Of a stretch of DNA of 64,000 nucleotides, positions 1 to 25,500 are shown piece by piece. The notes beneath the pieces are model-generated. The model worked only from the letters and a program-made list of their open reading frames with translations. It did no database searches and was not told the DNA's origin. The position numbers and the translations under genes were made by a program. Within the stretch, counting starts at the first letter, position 1. Each line of letters opens with the position of its first letter. Origin of the DNA: Bugula neritina (lineage: Eukaryota; Animalia; Bryozoa); contig OZ037766.1 of assembly GCA_964035545.1 (NCBI GenBank), positions 7,058,722-7,122,721 on the forward strand. The letters are read 5' to 3'.

Positions 1-244
1 ATTATATACATTATTGTCCTCATCCAGTCTGTTAGAATTATGTATATAATAATGGTGAGCTAGTTTAAGAAAAATAAATACTTGCATAATTTGCCATGTG
101 TGTTAGTGTTAAGAAATATTAAAAAGTATATTAGCTATTTATTTTTTAATAAAGCATAAAAGATTCTTTTTAATTCAATACTATTTTCATGCTTGTCATA
201 CACCACTATACCATCAAACTTATAATACAAGAATATACCCGGTT

Positions 245-312
245 TATATATAAGAGTCTTATATATAAGAGTCTTATATATAAGAGTCTTATATATAAGA
301 GTCTTATATATA
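245..312. repeat. 15-bp minisatellite (TATATATAAGAGTCT) x~4
   Basis: Direct tandem copies are visible and explain the repetitive ORF 189..404. Confidence 0.9.
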
Positions 313-2650
313 TATATTTGTGCATCATTGTGTGCGACATTAATACATGCCGCGTTTACTTAATTATTATACTCATTATGAATAATTATAATCATTATAT
401 GTAAGTTATATGATAGTATATAAAATATTTATCCGTATTCTTGACTTCTAATTACTTACATATAAAAATTCATGCATTCCTGAATATTTATTAGGTTATA
501 TTTAAGATTTATGCTTCAAGACCGATTATATAATTATAGGTGTGCTTAATAAACTGTTGAAATATTATGTATACAAAATCATGAACAGCATGTACTTTTC
601 AACTTCCGTCCCGTTTAAGTAAATGTAAATTGCTGTAATTGCATATCGGCATTTTATTTGCTCTCAAAAGAAGCTAAAAGTTTGCATCAATTTCATAATT
701 AACAAGAAGCTGCATTAATATCTGGCTTTTTATGTTGATTAAAAAGCAAATCAGTGATTACTTTATATTTCTTTAAAAAGTGTAAATTAAATAAGAAACA
801 GACTTCTCATATTTTTCAAATTAAAAAAAGTAGCTCTTTTCTTAAACTTAGAAGGCTCAAGAAGATTGGAGAATAATTTTTGCTGAGAATTTTCCCCATG
901 CAGTGCTATCCTCCCAACTCCTAGTGCAACCAACAATATAATTATTGTTAAGTGTATATAAGTATATTATACTTTAAATTCAATCCCTTAACTTATTTCA
1001 TGCTATTAAGCAGTGGTCTATGTATAATCCATTTAACTAAACAAGTGTTTAAAACAATAACCAATAGCATTAACCGCAAATTATTAATCATCAAAGTTCA
1101 TTATAATTTCAACTATATTTAACATTAAATCTTTGTCAGCCCAAAAAAATTTAAACTTACTTACGAATACACAAAGTCTATCTATACTTCAATTTTCATA
1201 ACCATGTAGTATAGATTTAAAAGGTGATGAAAATACACATATCATCTTCAATAAAGCAGTACTGAAATAGAAGCTGTTGGTCAGAGCCTCCATTTTGTTT
1301 GTGTTATCCTCAAAAACTGTTAATCATGGAAATAATTTGATTGTTGAGCAGAATGTGCAAAGTCGATATCAGGAATTGTTTACTGTCCCATTGTTGCTCA
1401 ACCTCTACACATATTTTGTATGTATATTTATTTAAAGTATATTAATTGTTGTAATTCTTAATGATTTTGTTTGGCTTTTACATAAAATATGGAATTAGGA
1501 AGTTAATTGTCATCTCTTGAGTTACAATCCTCAATAACTAACATATAGACAATTGTAAAATATAATTTTAAAACAATGATATTGAAATGGTTTACAGGAA
1601 TTGTTTAAACATAGTATACTGCATTTATATAGAACACTTTGAGTCTCTGTAAAATGCATAACAGAAATAAAATTGTTTGACTATTTGAAGTGTTGAAAAC
1701 AAGATAGATATAGCATTATTTTTGATTTATATATTTGCATACTTTAAAATTTTATTATATAAAGCATTACAGACCTAGGTTTCTCAACTCCTGCAACATT
1801 GCAACATATTATCATATTATTGATATACATATATTACACACATATATTACACTGCATAATATATCATAACATTATTTTATTACATGTATATTATATTATA
1901 TTTCAATTGAAAAAAGTTATATATTTTATAGATCTTTGAGGTTTTATATCATGTACAATCATGATTACTATAAATATACACAAAATAATAATATGCAGCT
2001 ATATACTTTATAATTTATTATGTACTATTACTAATTCAGTGCTATTTAATCTTCATGTTTTTATTAGTGTTTGTTTTCATATATATGACAGTTTTTAGCT
2101 ACTAATATAAGGTTATTGTATAACTATGACATCTTGTTCAATCTATTTGAGATCATGACAATACAGATCTGACATCTCAATTTGCTATAATTATTCATTT
2201 CAGGCTGAAATAGAACAAAAATATCAATTAAATGTTGAAATCGTAATATATTATTATAATAAGCTTTTCTGCTTAAAAACTCAAATTATAAAAATAAGGA
2301 ATACTTAACAAGCAATTTAATAAATGCACTTTATAAATGAATTTTCTAATCGAAATAGATGACACACTTTTGAACATATTATAGTGCTCCAAAAATTATT
2401 TTAATTTTACGCACACCGTGCAAATAAAAGTTCTTTTAGTTGCTTGCATGCACAAAATTGTCAAAACACAAATAGATGTGTTTGCCTAAAGCAGCAATTG
2501 CTAAAAATTGTTTGAATATAATTGAATAAAAAAGGGCACAAAGTTTATAGCAAATAAGCTAAGCAGTAATACCAAGCATATATTGAATAATGCAATCACA
2601 GCAGCAAAGTAAATGCAGGAGTACTTCTATTAACTTAGCGACACTCATAT

Positions 2651-14188
<11,538 letters not shown>

Positions 14189-14254
14189 TGCAGCGAATGC
14201 TATAATATACATATATTACAGCTTGCGTATGGTTTATAAGCAAAACTTTAATAG

Positions 14255-14290
14255 AAATGGCTCCAAACATCACGCCGACACGCTTTTATA
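14255..14290 (-). promoter_or_regulatory. Putative TATA box and initiator of astacin A
   Basis: TATAAAAG on the minus strand starting at 14290, CCATTT about 30 nt downstream, ATG about 100 nt downstream. Confidence 0.5.
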
Positions 14291-15720
14291 TTTAGCTTGA
14301 CACCGACTTGCTGAAAACTGATTGTCAACACATTTCCTATTGTATGCTACTGTATTTCTCCTTGGTATTTACATTAACCTCTACACTCCTAGTCACGTAT
14401 TTAAGATGCAGTAGCCATCCAACTTGTCACAACACCAAACTGTAAACTTTTAAACCTTGCTTATAAAACTAGCATCTTTTTGCCATAGAAATTACGCTGA
14501 TGGAGAAACTTGTTACAGTAGTTTGTAAGCTTTTTGCAACATAAGCTATTATGTGAAATAATAGGCCAAAAGTTAATTGAAGATAAAACACCAAATCTTG
14601 TACATATTCTAATATACCTGCAAACCTGTAAACCCATAATTGGTTAAAACATAATATTGTAATGCCATCATTGTTTATAATGCTTACAACATATCTAAAC
14701 ATACTATTTTGATGAACTATTTGTTGGTTAAAATTGTAGAAGTTATTCTGTTTCATATTAATTCAATGACATTGGATCTGTAGTCTTATGACAATAAGAT
14801 ATATCGCAATGCACATGTTTAAACAGCCTCATAGTTTTAAATTACATTTCTTTAGAATTCAATTCATTGTTTAATCATTGAATGTTATGACTTGAAGCAA
14901 CTTGTGTACATGTGATTTATTATATTATAGATTTCAGTCTGATATAAACAACTATATGTGCATACTCAATACAAGTAGGTATAGGAAAACTGCGTAACAT
15001 AATTGCCAAAGTATTATACTTCTGTAAAAATTTGTATCCAGAACAAAGATTGTAGCTTTTATGAAATAAAATTTAAATTTAAAGTAAGAAATTAAAGTTG
15101 CATTTATACCTTCACGATTTTCAGTCAACCTAAGCTGCTCTGAAATATTTTTACTCCCATACCAGAAGCTATAACGGAGCACCAAGTTGTTTAGTTAGAG
15201 ACAAACCCATTCTGGATTAATTGTTTCAGAGCTGGGTAAAGTAAAATAGCAATTATACCGATACATTTTAGCACATAGCAAGTAAGGTTTGAGATATGAA
15301 GACATTGCAACAATATTGTGATGTTAATTAAACTTTATATTTCATTTAAGTATGGTTTCTAAAAAAATATAATATACTTGTTTGTAGTATAAAAGAACTA
15401 TTGTGTTTTTATAAGCTAAATAAATATATGACCACATAAGCACCAAAAGTGGACCATGATATAAATTCACAAGTTGAGCACCTCTTATAGAAAATTCTAT
15501 ATATACAGTTACATAATATCAAAAAGAGTAGCAGTATTAGGAAAATATTGCATACATGTCGTGGCATGAAATAGAAATAACTCTAACAATTTCTTGTATC
15601 TAAGTTGTATAAATGCTACAAATCATGCCCAATGCAAAAACAGAGATGTGATATATAATATATATGCTACGATTGTTCTTAGATTATCAACGGGCAAATT
15701 ATAATGATTTCTTAAGTAAT

Positions 15721-18700
15721 TTAGCAGCTGTCACATGTGAATGGGCACATGCTCCTCACTCTAAGGGAGATCATGCATTTGTTTTGATAGTCGGGGCACT
15801 TTGAATCCTTGTCAGCGCATCCAGCTTGTACAACTGGAGGTTGAGTTGTAGTTGAAGGTTTGATTGCAACCTAAAACCAAAACAATATGACATCATATCC
15901 TAGTAACAGTATATGCTATGGTTTCTATGTTTATATGGCATATAATATACTGCAATGCCATTTAATGGTTTTTAAATTAAGAGTTGTCTTCCTTTATGAT
16001 CCTACTAATGTAATGAACTACCATATTACTCTATATTTTCATATATACCATTCTTGACATTGATGCATTCACCACAAGTGGGTTGCAATATGATGTGACA
16101 TATAGCTCATTATCTTCTGACAGAAAGAGAGTACTCATATTGAGTAAATTATACTACTTTGGTCTATTACCAGCAGTGCATCTTAACTTAAATTCTTCGA
16201 ATTATAATTTCATAAAAAAAGGTTTATAAATACGTGTTGCAAAATAAGGTGAAAAATTACATATAAGCAACCCTTACATCACTAGCTGTGCATGTTCCAC
16301 AGGTCTTCATACAGTTCATACTCAAATAACTACTGTAGGCGGGCTCTTCACAATACCGCTCCCAGCTGGGACAATAGGTTGACATATCTTCACAGTCTAT
16401 AAAACAAAAAATATAAAAATGTCTTATGAAAATAGCAGTAGCATTGAAATAGGCTAAGTTAAGACACTGGCAAGTAATGAATAGAGTCAATGTTTAGGCC
16501 TACACAATTTAAGACCACAGGCCAAATTTTTATCATGCTTGTACCATGCCTTCTAACCAAATTATCATAATTGTATTCATATCATAACGGAATATCTGTG
16601 ATGAAACCAAATTTATGCTATATTGTAGTAGCACAGATGATACATAACACAGTGTTAGAAGCAGACCAAGTACCTGGTGCTGGGTTATTGCAAGTGTCAC
16701 AAGATTTCTGACAGTTGACACTCATGTAGGAGGGGTTTCTGGAGCATTCTCCGTTTTCTGCCCAGGTAGGGCAGTATTGGTTGTTGTCAGTACATCCGGT
16801 CACAGTTGGTGTTGTAGTGGCTACGGTTGTAGCTGTGAAATACAGGAATGCCTTACATAAGAGGCAACAACTCTTTTATGTAATGCTCTAATGCAATGTA
16901 ATGCTCTATCAAAACCCTGTTATTTTGTGTTACTCTATCTAAACTAATCAAGAATTGGCAACGTTGGGTAGTCATTAAGACAATGAAATATGATCAAACT
17001 ACATACTTTCCTAAATGAAAATTTTAAGATAGTTTATCCTTGAATAGCTAAGATTGAATTACAATAAAAACGGTTTTTTATATTATATATTATATAATGT
17101 ATACTAATCTTTTGGCAAAAGCTTTTTTGTAACTAATTTATCAATAAACAATTGGTTGATTAGATAGATAAAGGATAAGCACTTACTGGCACATGTTCCA
17201 CAACTGAATCTACAATTAGTAGACATGAAAGTTTGGTAACGAGAATCAGTACAGTAGCCAGTATCTGCCCATTGAGAACAGTACTGGTTAGAATCTTGGC
17301 AGTTCAGAGGAGCCCTGGTAGTTCTTGAAGTAGGTCGTGGGGTGGTAGCGACTGGTGCAACGGTAGCTGTAATAGATAAATATGGCATATGGGTATTGGA
17401 TACTTATATGGATATTAGTTTCAGTGTGATTACAGAGTATAAGTGATGTAGTGTGGTGGCAAATTCTTACCAACAGTTCCGTCGCATATTTTAATGGGAC
17501 TGGCTCGGTTTCCAGAGTCACACCAACATCTGCAGTCTGGTCCTTGGAATCCCTGAGGACAGGTTCTTGCTGCGCATCCATTGGCTAAAATAAAACAAAT
17601 GAAAAAAAATTATGAAAATGTATAAAAATTGTGTAATATTAATGATTTATTTTAAAAAAGCAGAATATTATAGCCTTATAAACTATGCTACATAAAAAAC
17701 TTCTTACCTGCAGGGCAGCCGTAGATGGTATTGGCAAGCTGAATGTCTTTGAAACTGAAACCATCTCGATTTCCCATAGCATTTTGAAATCTCGAGTCTC
17801 TTGCAAGGATTGTTGGCTGGCCATTAGCACTGAATGCCTGTAAAACAAAATATTGCTGGCTGATTATTTAAAGAGAAAGCATTTGTCTTCCCCACGCACC
17901 ATGTTGCAATGCACCAATAAATAAGACCATGCCATATCATCTTTTACCAAAGCTGAGGCTCCTTGCATCGTGTTTGGCCTTTAGAAAAGGCCAACAGCTA
18001 TATTGATGGCATCAAAAGCTGCGTTTGTTCAGATTTCTCAACAAATAAATACAGGCCACAAAGTTTTTTGCACATAAATATAATTTCAATTCAAATCCAA
18101 AAACCTAAGTCTATATTTAGAAACTTGGGTATACTACAAACAAGTTTTTTTAGCAAATTAAATGCCCAATAAGGTATGTAGCATTAAACTCACGTATTGG
18201 GAATAGTGCATGACACTGGTGTAATCATATGGCACACCATAGCTGCTGACTTGAGAAGCTGGGTACCTCATGAAGTTGTATGCCACTCCTTGCTGAATGT
18301 TTTGCGTATTAATATAAACAAACCCATCTCTGTCAGGTCTAGTCTGCTCATGCTGGAAGCCAATGGCGTGTCCAATTTCATGAATAACTATTCCTTTCTA
18401 CAACAAAAATGTAATACATTATAATATTTTTTCTATTGCTACACAACTTCAAAAATTTAAATAAATATTGTATATCCATTATAACAGGTTTGATTAAAAG
18501 TGGCCCAAATAAAAAGAGCAATGGAATTCTACTGCAAGATCTATTTATAGAAATAGTTAAAAACTGGTATTATAAGAAATTAGTTGCAGCCGCTATATAA
18601 GTAGATATATAAGTATATAGTACGGTAGTATGACATTTTTACTTACATATCTACACCCGGGAGCTAAGGTAACAGGCTGGACACCACCAATCATACCAAC

Positions 18701-19876
18701 ATATGATGAACAACCACCTCCATTTTGAAATCGGATTCTATTTCTGTCAGCGGATGATGCCGGAACAAATCTGAGACACGTGTATCGGTGGTAGTCGGCA
18801 ATGGCCGACATTATTACTTGCCTGTCACTTGAACCTGAAAAATTTACCAAATAATTAAATTTATGAGTTAAATTTATTTTATGAAAGATGCTATTAAAAA
18901 TGTATAAATGAGATTTCTGGCTGAACCCCAACCCCCCCCCCTCCTTTCTTAAACTAAAACATGTGAATTCTACTCACTAAACACATTATTCATGTCGTAT
19001 GGGACTCTTCGGTTTGTCCATCTAGCATTCGTGTTTGTAGTAGCTTTCCTCTTCTTCCTTCTTCCTTGTGTTGTAGTTTGATTTTCCATGGCATCCATTT
19101 CCTTTAAAAAGCAGGTTATTGATTTACAATGGCAATTTAATAGTTGATTTTACGAACAAATATCTAACAGTTTTATTTTTTTCTAAGAGCGGTATAAGAG
19201 TTACGTACCTTTCTCATTTCCATGTAAGTATCCATTTTGTACAGCATGTCCATCTCTACCATTACAGTATCTTCATCTTGCATTATTTCAAACATTTTAC
19301 CTGTAAAACACCAAAATTGAGTGATTTCTATATCCAAGCTGAAGTTTGCTTTGGTTCTTGTTGGAAAAAAATATTTGTATATGGATATTATACTGAATCT
19401 TTCTGCATCAGTTTGTGTTACAATAGCACTTTAATTCTTTTTTATTCATTCACATATATAGTAAAAAAAAACAAAATGCATATTGGCAGAAATTAATTTC
19501 AACACTAATAATTGTATACCACTGAAATAGCAGTACTGAAAGTACTACAGAAGAAGGCTATTTTAATGCCTTCATGAAAAACTTCATATTGAACCTCCTA
19601 ACCCTCCATGTCTAAAATTATTGACAAGAACAAACTACTTACTCATACTCTTATTGGATGCTGCTGCCATGATGGCGCCATCCATACTCATTTGTTTTCC
19701 TTTAATCATCATAGCCGTGGAGATAGCAACCATTGCCAGCTGCAGAAGTGTAATATAGTAAGTATAAACAATAATCAATCATCAATATCATTAAACTATA
19801 TTACACTGTATATTTTAAAAATAGCAAATTATATGCTTACCAAAGCTGCACTGGTTAAAAAGAATATACGAGCCAT
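15721..19876 (-). CDS. Secreted astacin-family zinc metalloprotease with 4 ShKT domains (paralog B), 12 coding exons
   Basis: Exons approx. 19841-19876 ([12 protein letters not shown]), 19643-19739, 19209-19300 (VEMDM), 18978-19101 (RRKKRKA furin-type site), 18647-18834, 18194-18397 ([19 protein letters not shown]; SVMHY), 17709-17838 and 17472-17584. ShKT exons ~17187-17366, ~16675-16832, ~16278-16396 and 15721-15870 (ends CPFTCDSC*). Intron positions match paralog A. Confidence 0.93.
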
Positions 19877-19954
19877 ACTAAATGACTGAGCTGTGTCAAG
19901 CAAAAGTATATAAATCAAATATAGCTGATGCTTTCAGATGGCAGTGAAGTGTGT

Positions 19955-20180
19955 GAATGACTTTATTGGACCGCAGCAGAGCTTTTTATACTAAATGAAG
20001 GGGGCGATGATTCACGCTCCAGTAACTCGCAGCTCAATACGAGGTTTAAGTTGCACTGTAATGATATTTATTAACAGGAACAATGTGTGTACGCTAATGA
20101 CCTGTTGTATGAGAGCGCTGACATTCAATAGCGGGTGACTCACGCAGACAGAACCATATGCTCACAGGAAGTTTGCGCAA
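19955..20180 (-). promoter_or_regulatory. Putative core and proximal promoter of astacin B (Inr, TATA, AP-1, ETS, C/EBP motifs)
   Basis: TATAAAAA starting at 19990 on the minus strand with TCATTC (Inr-like) 32 nt downstream. TGACTCA at 20136-20142; CAGGAAGT at 20165-20172 directly adjacent to TTGCGCAA at 20173-20180. Confidence 0.55.
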
Positions 20181-22558
20181 ATTAAAGTTTGTTTACTGTT
20201 TGTAGTATTTTTGAATGATTAGGACTCAACAGAAATTATTGGTAAAATTTCTCAATGTTATTTCTTAGTGCAACTATTATGACATCATATTATATAACTG
20301 CTATATTTGAAGATGAAAAATACTGTCAGCGCGCATGGCTAGTAGTGATTTCAAACTATAATAACATGATCTTTGGTAAATATTTTTTTCAAAAATATTG
20401 ACATTTTATCTATAAATTTAGGCATCAGCAGTGACTTGAAAAAACCATGGGAAACTTGAATTTTTTCTCACCCATTCTCCGCTTTGTCCTGGCATGGGGT
20501 ACTTGAATATAGAACATAAATAAACCCAACCTAAAAATATTCTACTCCTCGAAACACACTGTTGATATTAAATTTGATTAAGAAAATCAGAAAATGTTCA
20601 AAGAAGATAAATTGCCAGTCAAGATAAATTGTATACACAGTTGACAACATTGGAACATAGTATTATGTGGCCTGTAACCACATGACAGGGGATAGGCATA
20701 ATTTTTCTTAAAAATGAGCTTCAAGTATGGAATGAAAAGCATATCTTTACCAAAACTTTTCACTTTATTTGAAGTCTCAGATGTAAATAAAACTGGGGGT
20801 GTAAACACTTGAAAATATTCATTTATGAGAAATTTGGCTGTAAGGTTAGCCAGTCTAGAATGAGTTAAATAAATTATTTGTTGACTTTTTTATGTATTAG
20901 CAACTATAACCTTTGTATAGCAAGAATATTGACAAACTTATATATTGAAATATAAGTTTTCTCTTTAAATATTTTGTTGCTTATAGACAAAAGAACATGT
21001 CAAATATAGCTGCCAAACCTTTTGCTAAATTTATTATATATTATGTTAGTGTCAGCAAAGAAAATTCAAATTGAGCTAAGCTTATCACATTTGTTTTTGT
21101 ACCTAGACCTGAAATGTAGAAAGAAGATCAGAGAAAATATATTTGGAATGTGATAAAAACTTTGAAGAAGGCAAAGTTATAACTACTACCACAACACAGA
21201 TGCAACTTATGCAAGTGTTTTTCTACTCCACAATTAACAGATATGCATCGTAAAAAATTCACAGAAGTCGCTATTTTTGACTTTACAACATTCAAAGAAA
21301 CTACTGAGCCTGTAAGTTTAAGTAAATAGACCATCTGATAAATTTATGCATACAGTAGTCTGTCTTCAATATTGTGATTCTTCAATGTTGTTATCAGTGC
21401 CTCATAAGGTATAGTTCAATTTTTCATCATTCTATCCTCTCTCATTGTATTGATTTCATAATACCAGAAAAAGCAACAAAACAGTGAAAATAGCCTAATA
21501 AATACAGATAGCTAACATACTATGATTTTTTTCAGTGAAAGCTTGTTGGATTTTAAGACTGTCATAAATATGCATTGGCAGTATAATAGAGATAGCATTG
21601 CCCATTAATAGATGATTAACTCTTTTGCACACTCATCATTCCAAAGTTTCAATTTGAAAGGACAGAGATTTGGAGTATCAAGTATGAAAGTAGAGCATCG
21701 TGACTGACTCATCGAATGAGTCATTGAAACAACATGTCCATAAAAGGGCATTGCACCAACAGTTTGCTAGGAAAGCCACAGTTATGCTATGGGTACTTTG
21801 TGCTCTGTGGTGATGAAGTTGAGATACAAAATGTGCTGACTTTGTTTAGAATTTAACCATCGTGGTGTGTTACAAATATACATAAAGAGAAGATAACCAA
21901 GATGGGTTAAATTTATTTGATATTGCTCTCCAACCAGGAGTTTGATTTGGGACACACAGATAATATAATAACATAATATAGTAAACATATATAATATTAA
22001 TATTTTGAACCAAAGCTACAATAACTGATATATTTTACACTGGACATTATGAACAGCTCTGCATGCATAATATTGCAGACTATATATTATGTAGTATGAA
22101 GTATCAAACCAAGTAATATTTGTAAGAGGTATGATGCATCTAAACCACAAAAATAACCTGTAAAATGATATTTAATTTACACGTGAATCTATTTAGTGAA
22201 TGATTTAAAAACTTGAGCTAATTTCCATTTAACTAACTTATTGCGAGTCCGCAGCAAAAAGCTTCTTACTATAAAACTATCCTCTATTTTGCACCATGAT
22301 TAGTTAGAGTATTATATCTAATATGAGAAACCACAACGTTCAGCAAGTAATAAGCAGCATAAAGTGACATAATATGTACATTAGTTTGGTACAATGCCCA
22401 TTCAAGTATATGAAAATAATGTAACACCAAGAGTTCTATACACAATACACTTGTTCTATAATATAATAAAATCTAGGAGACTAGAATATTGTCACAGAAG
22501 AGAATCTATCACAATGGTGAGGCAGCTGCTGTACAGCTTGGTACAGGCTGTAAACCGT

Positions 22559-25500
22559 CTAGAGATAGTAGAGTTTGTCTGCAAGATGTTCAGAAGGATC
22601 TCTTCTTATGTTCTCTCCGATCAGATACGCCAACTTGTGAGCATACTAAAATCAAAACCAGTTAAATAGTTGACAAAACATTCTAACTATTCAGTGTACT
22701 TAATTAAAACAATTGATCCCAAAATATCTTACCCTGTATTTCATCCACATTCAATTGAGTAAAAAAGATGCTTTGTTACTACATGAACCCATCTAATGCA
22801 TATATAGCAGTACTACAACTGAGGGGAATGTAAATAAACTGGCATAGATAGATTGGTGGAGATAGAAAGTAACCAGCTGACTGGAAAAACTGCATCATTC
22901 AAAAAGAGACGACTACTTAACTTTATCAGATAATGAGAGTAACATTTGTGAAAGACATGGAAAGGCTCATTCACAGAGTAACATGGCATACAATATGTAG
23001 GGCTTCACAACAATACTCCCATTAAAATAACATCAGCATACAATTGAGAAAGGAAATGATTCAAATTAATAAAACAAAGTATAATCTCTGCTATCATTGT
23101 AAACAAATATATTAATCTGAACAATTATCAGATCATTCACCGTCATACAATTACTGAGTAACCACTAATGACAGCATGTTTTGAAATTTGAGAATACAGT
23201 ATATGTGAAATAGCTGCTGTTTATTGCCAGTTAATCCACATACAAAATTAATTACTAAATAACAGAGTTCAAACACAAATCACACCATTACACAATATTT
23301 AAAGACATTTCAGAGTAAAATTCCAGTCACAACAGTCACAAAGTAGATGAGTTTCATATTGCAGCACTAACTTAGTTTTCACAATCTTCAGACAAATGTT
23401 CTTATAAGATTAGTTAATTGCAAGTCTGTGTAGTTACACAGTTTGCAGAGCACATAATTTTATATCTCCTTAACTCTCATAAAAGGAACTGAAAATAATT
23501 GCACCAACTTAGCCAATAGGTGTGCTTCAAATTACAGACCTATACCCATATCCTTTACTTTCCGAAATATCCTTAACTGAGTTAGTGTTTACAAATCATG
23601 CACATCTGTTAGTGATTTAAAGTCCAGATGATTTGGACATGAGAAGAACCTAAGATATCTGTTTGACATTTAACATTTACGTGTCATTCATCATAAAATG
23701 ATTGGGTTTCAACATATATATATAACTGTTTATATGCACAGCATATGCACCATGTGCCTACAGCCCACAATTTCTTGACCCCCCCAACTATTATTTATAT
23801 TTCATAACCTCATAAATATATACTGTATGACTCTCACTTGAATAATAAGATACTTCTATAACAACACTCAAATTGTAAAAATCAATGTAATTTCTGTTTA
23901 GAAAGGAAATAGCAACCAAGAGCCAATGTGATTGCACTAGGATAACATTATTTGTATTAAGAGTGCTTCTTCATGAAATTATACTTTATCATGACATAAG
24001 TCCTAAGAAGACACCAGCTAAAGTTAGCAACTATACATGAGTTGACTTGTAAATTATGATGAATCAACTACATTTGTTTTCACACAACTATACAAACACT
24101 GATTGGTATCCTGTAACTGTAACAACAAAAAGCTGCCACAGTTCTTGCGCAGCTACATGACTATATACGTAGATCCCAGCAGGTTGAAGTGTACCATATG
24201 TGTACATGCTATGCACTATGCTGATTACATGGATGGTTAACGGATACTACTCCCAGCAATTTTGAATGTTTGGGAGAATTCAATGTTTAAACTTGAACAT
24301 TATTAAACGCACACCAGTGTCCATACATATAGCACATTTACTGCAGTGCTTAAAAACTTTAATCTGCTTCAATAACCTCATAAAGGCTGAATCCAAGTTA
24401 CCACTATGAAGTCTGACAATACAAATACTTTACTAACAATTTCTAGAAGGATTCTATACCTGACAAGGAGCAGGTACTCTGACAGTGCCTGTCCAGTTGT
24501 AGTAGAGGTGACACATCTTGTAGGCCAACTGTTGTAGGTTGTCACTACGTAGCTGTGTGTTGTCATGTACCACAACATAGTGAGTAGGTGTTACCGTGCC
24601 TTGAGTTACGTGCTGAGACACCAGGTAGAAATCATACCTACACAGACGGCATTACACACAGTTGAGTTGATGTTACGAATGAAATTAAGTTGATAGCAAA
24701 ACATGACATACATTCTAGACATGAGAATATGAAAGCCACGAGGTTGCAGAAGGAACCCACTTACCACTTAGCCTTGGTGACAGTGTGATCTAACACAGTA
24801 CCAGGTGGGGGGTTATCCATAGCCTACAAGAACAAGAAAAGCTTTACACAACAGAAAAACATTTGTTTTGGAGCTTTTTATTTTCAGAACAGAAAACAAG
24901 CAGCAGTTGAAATCACAAACTACATTCTCTAGAATCTAGATAATAGAGTTCAGTGACTCCTGCTACAGAGAGAAACCAAATGACCTGCTTACCCTGGCTG
25001 AACCTCAACACTGACCTGTCTATTTATAGCGAAGAATCTGGTGTTGATTCTTTTCTGCACCACAACCACTATGAGGCCGGGTGGCTGTATCTTGTACTGT
25101 TCAAAGGAGGTGAAGCAAGATAACAGTTGGCTAACTTCGTGGTTGGCTACTGTCTCCAACATGGAGTCACCAACGCCATCTCTGAACACTATAATCTTGT
25201 CTGGGAGAATGTTGTTGATCTGCCAATAATAAACTGGAGTCAGAAAAAGGAGTGAGATGCAGTGATGGAGAAATACTAGCGTTCTAATGCAGCAAAAATA
25301 GGTTATGTGTTCAACCAAATTTATCAAAAAATTAAACAATTAAAACTTTTTATTACTGTACATAAGCTGAATATAGCACCACAAAAAAAACATAACAAAA
25401 AAGCATATGATAATTACATAAACATATTTAAAAATGGGCCGACTTTAAAGGCATATAATATACTTATTTTAAGGCCGTTGTTATAACCATTTTACCTAAA

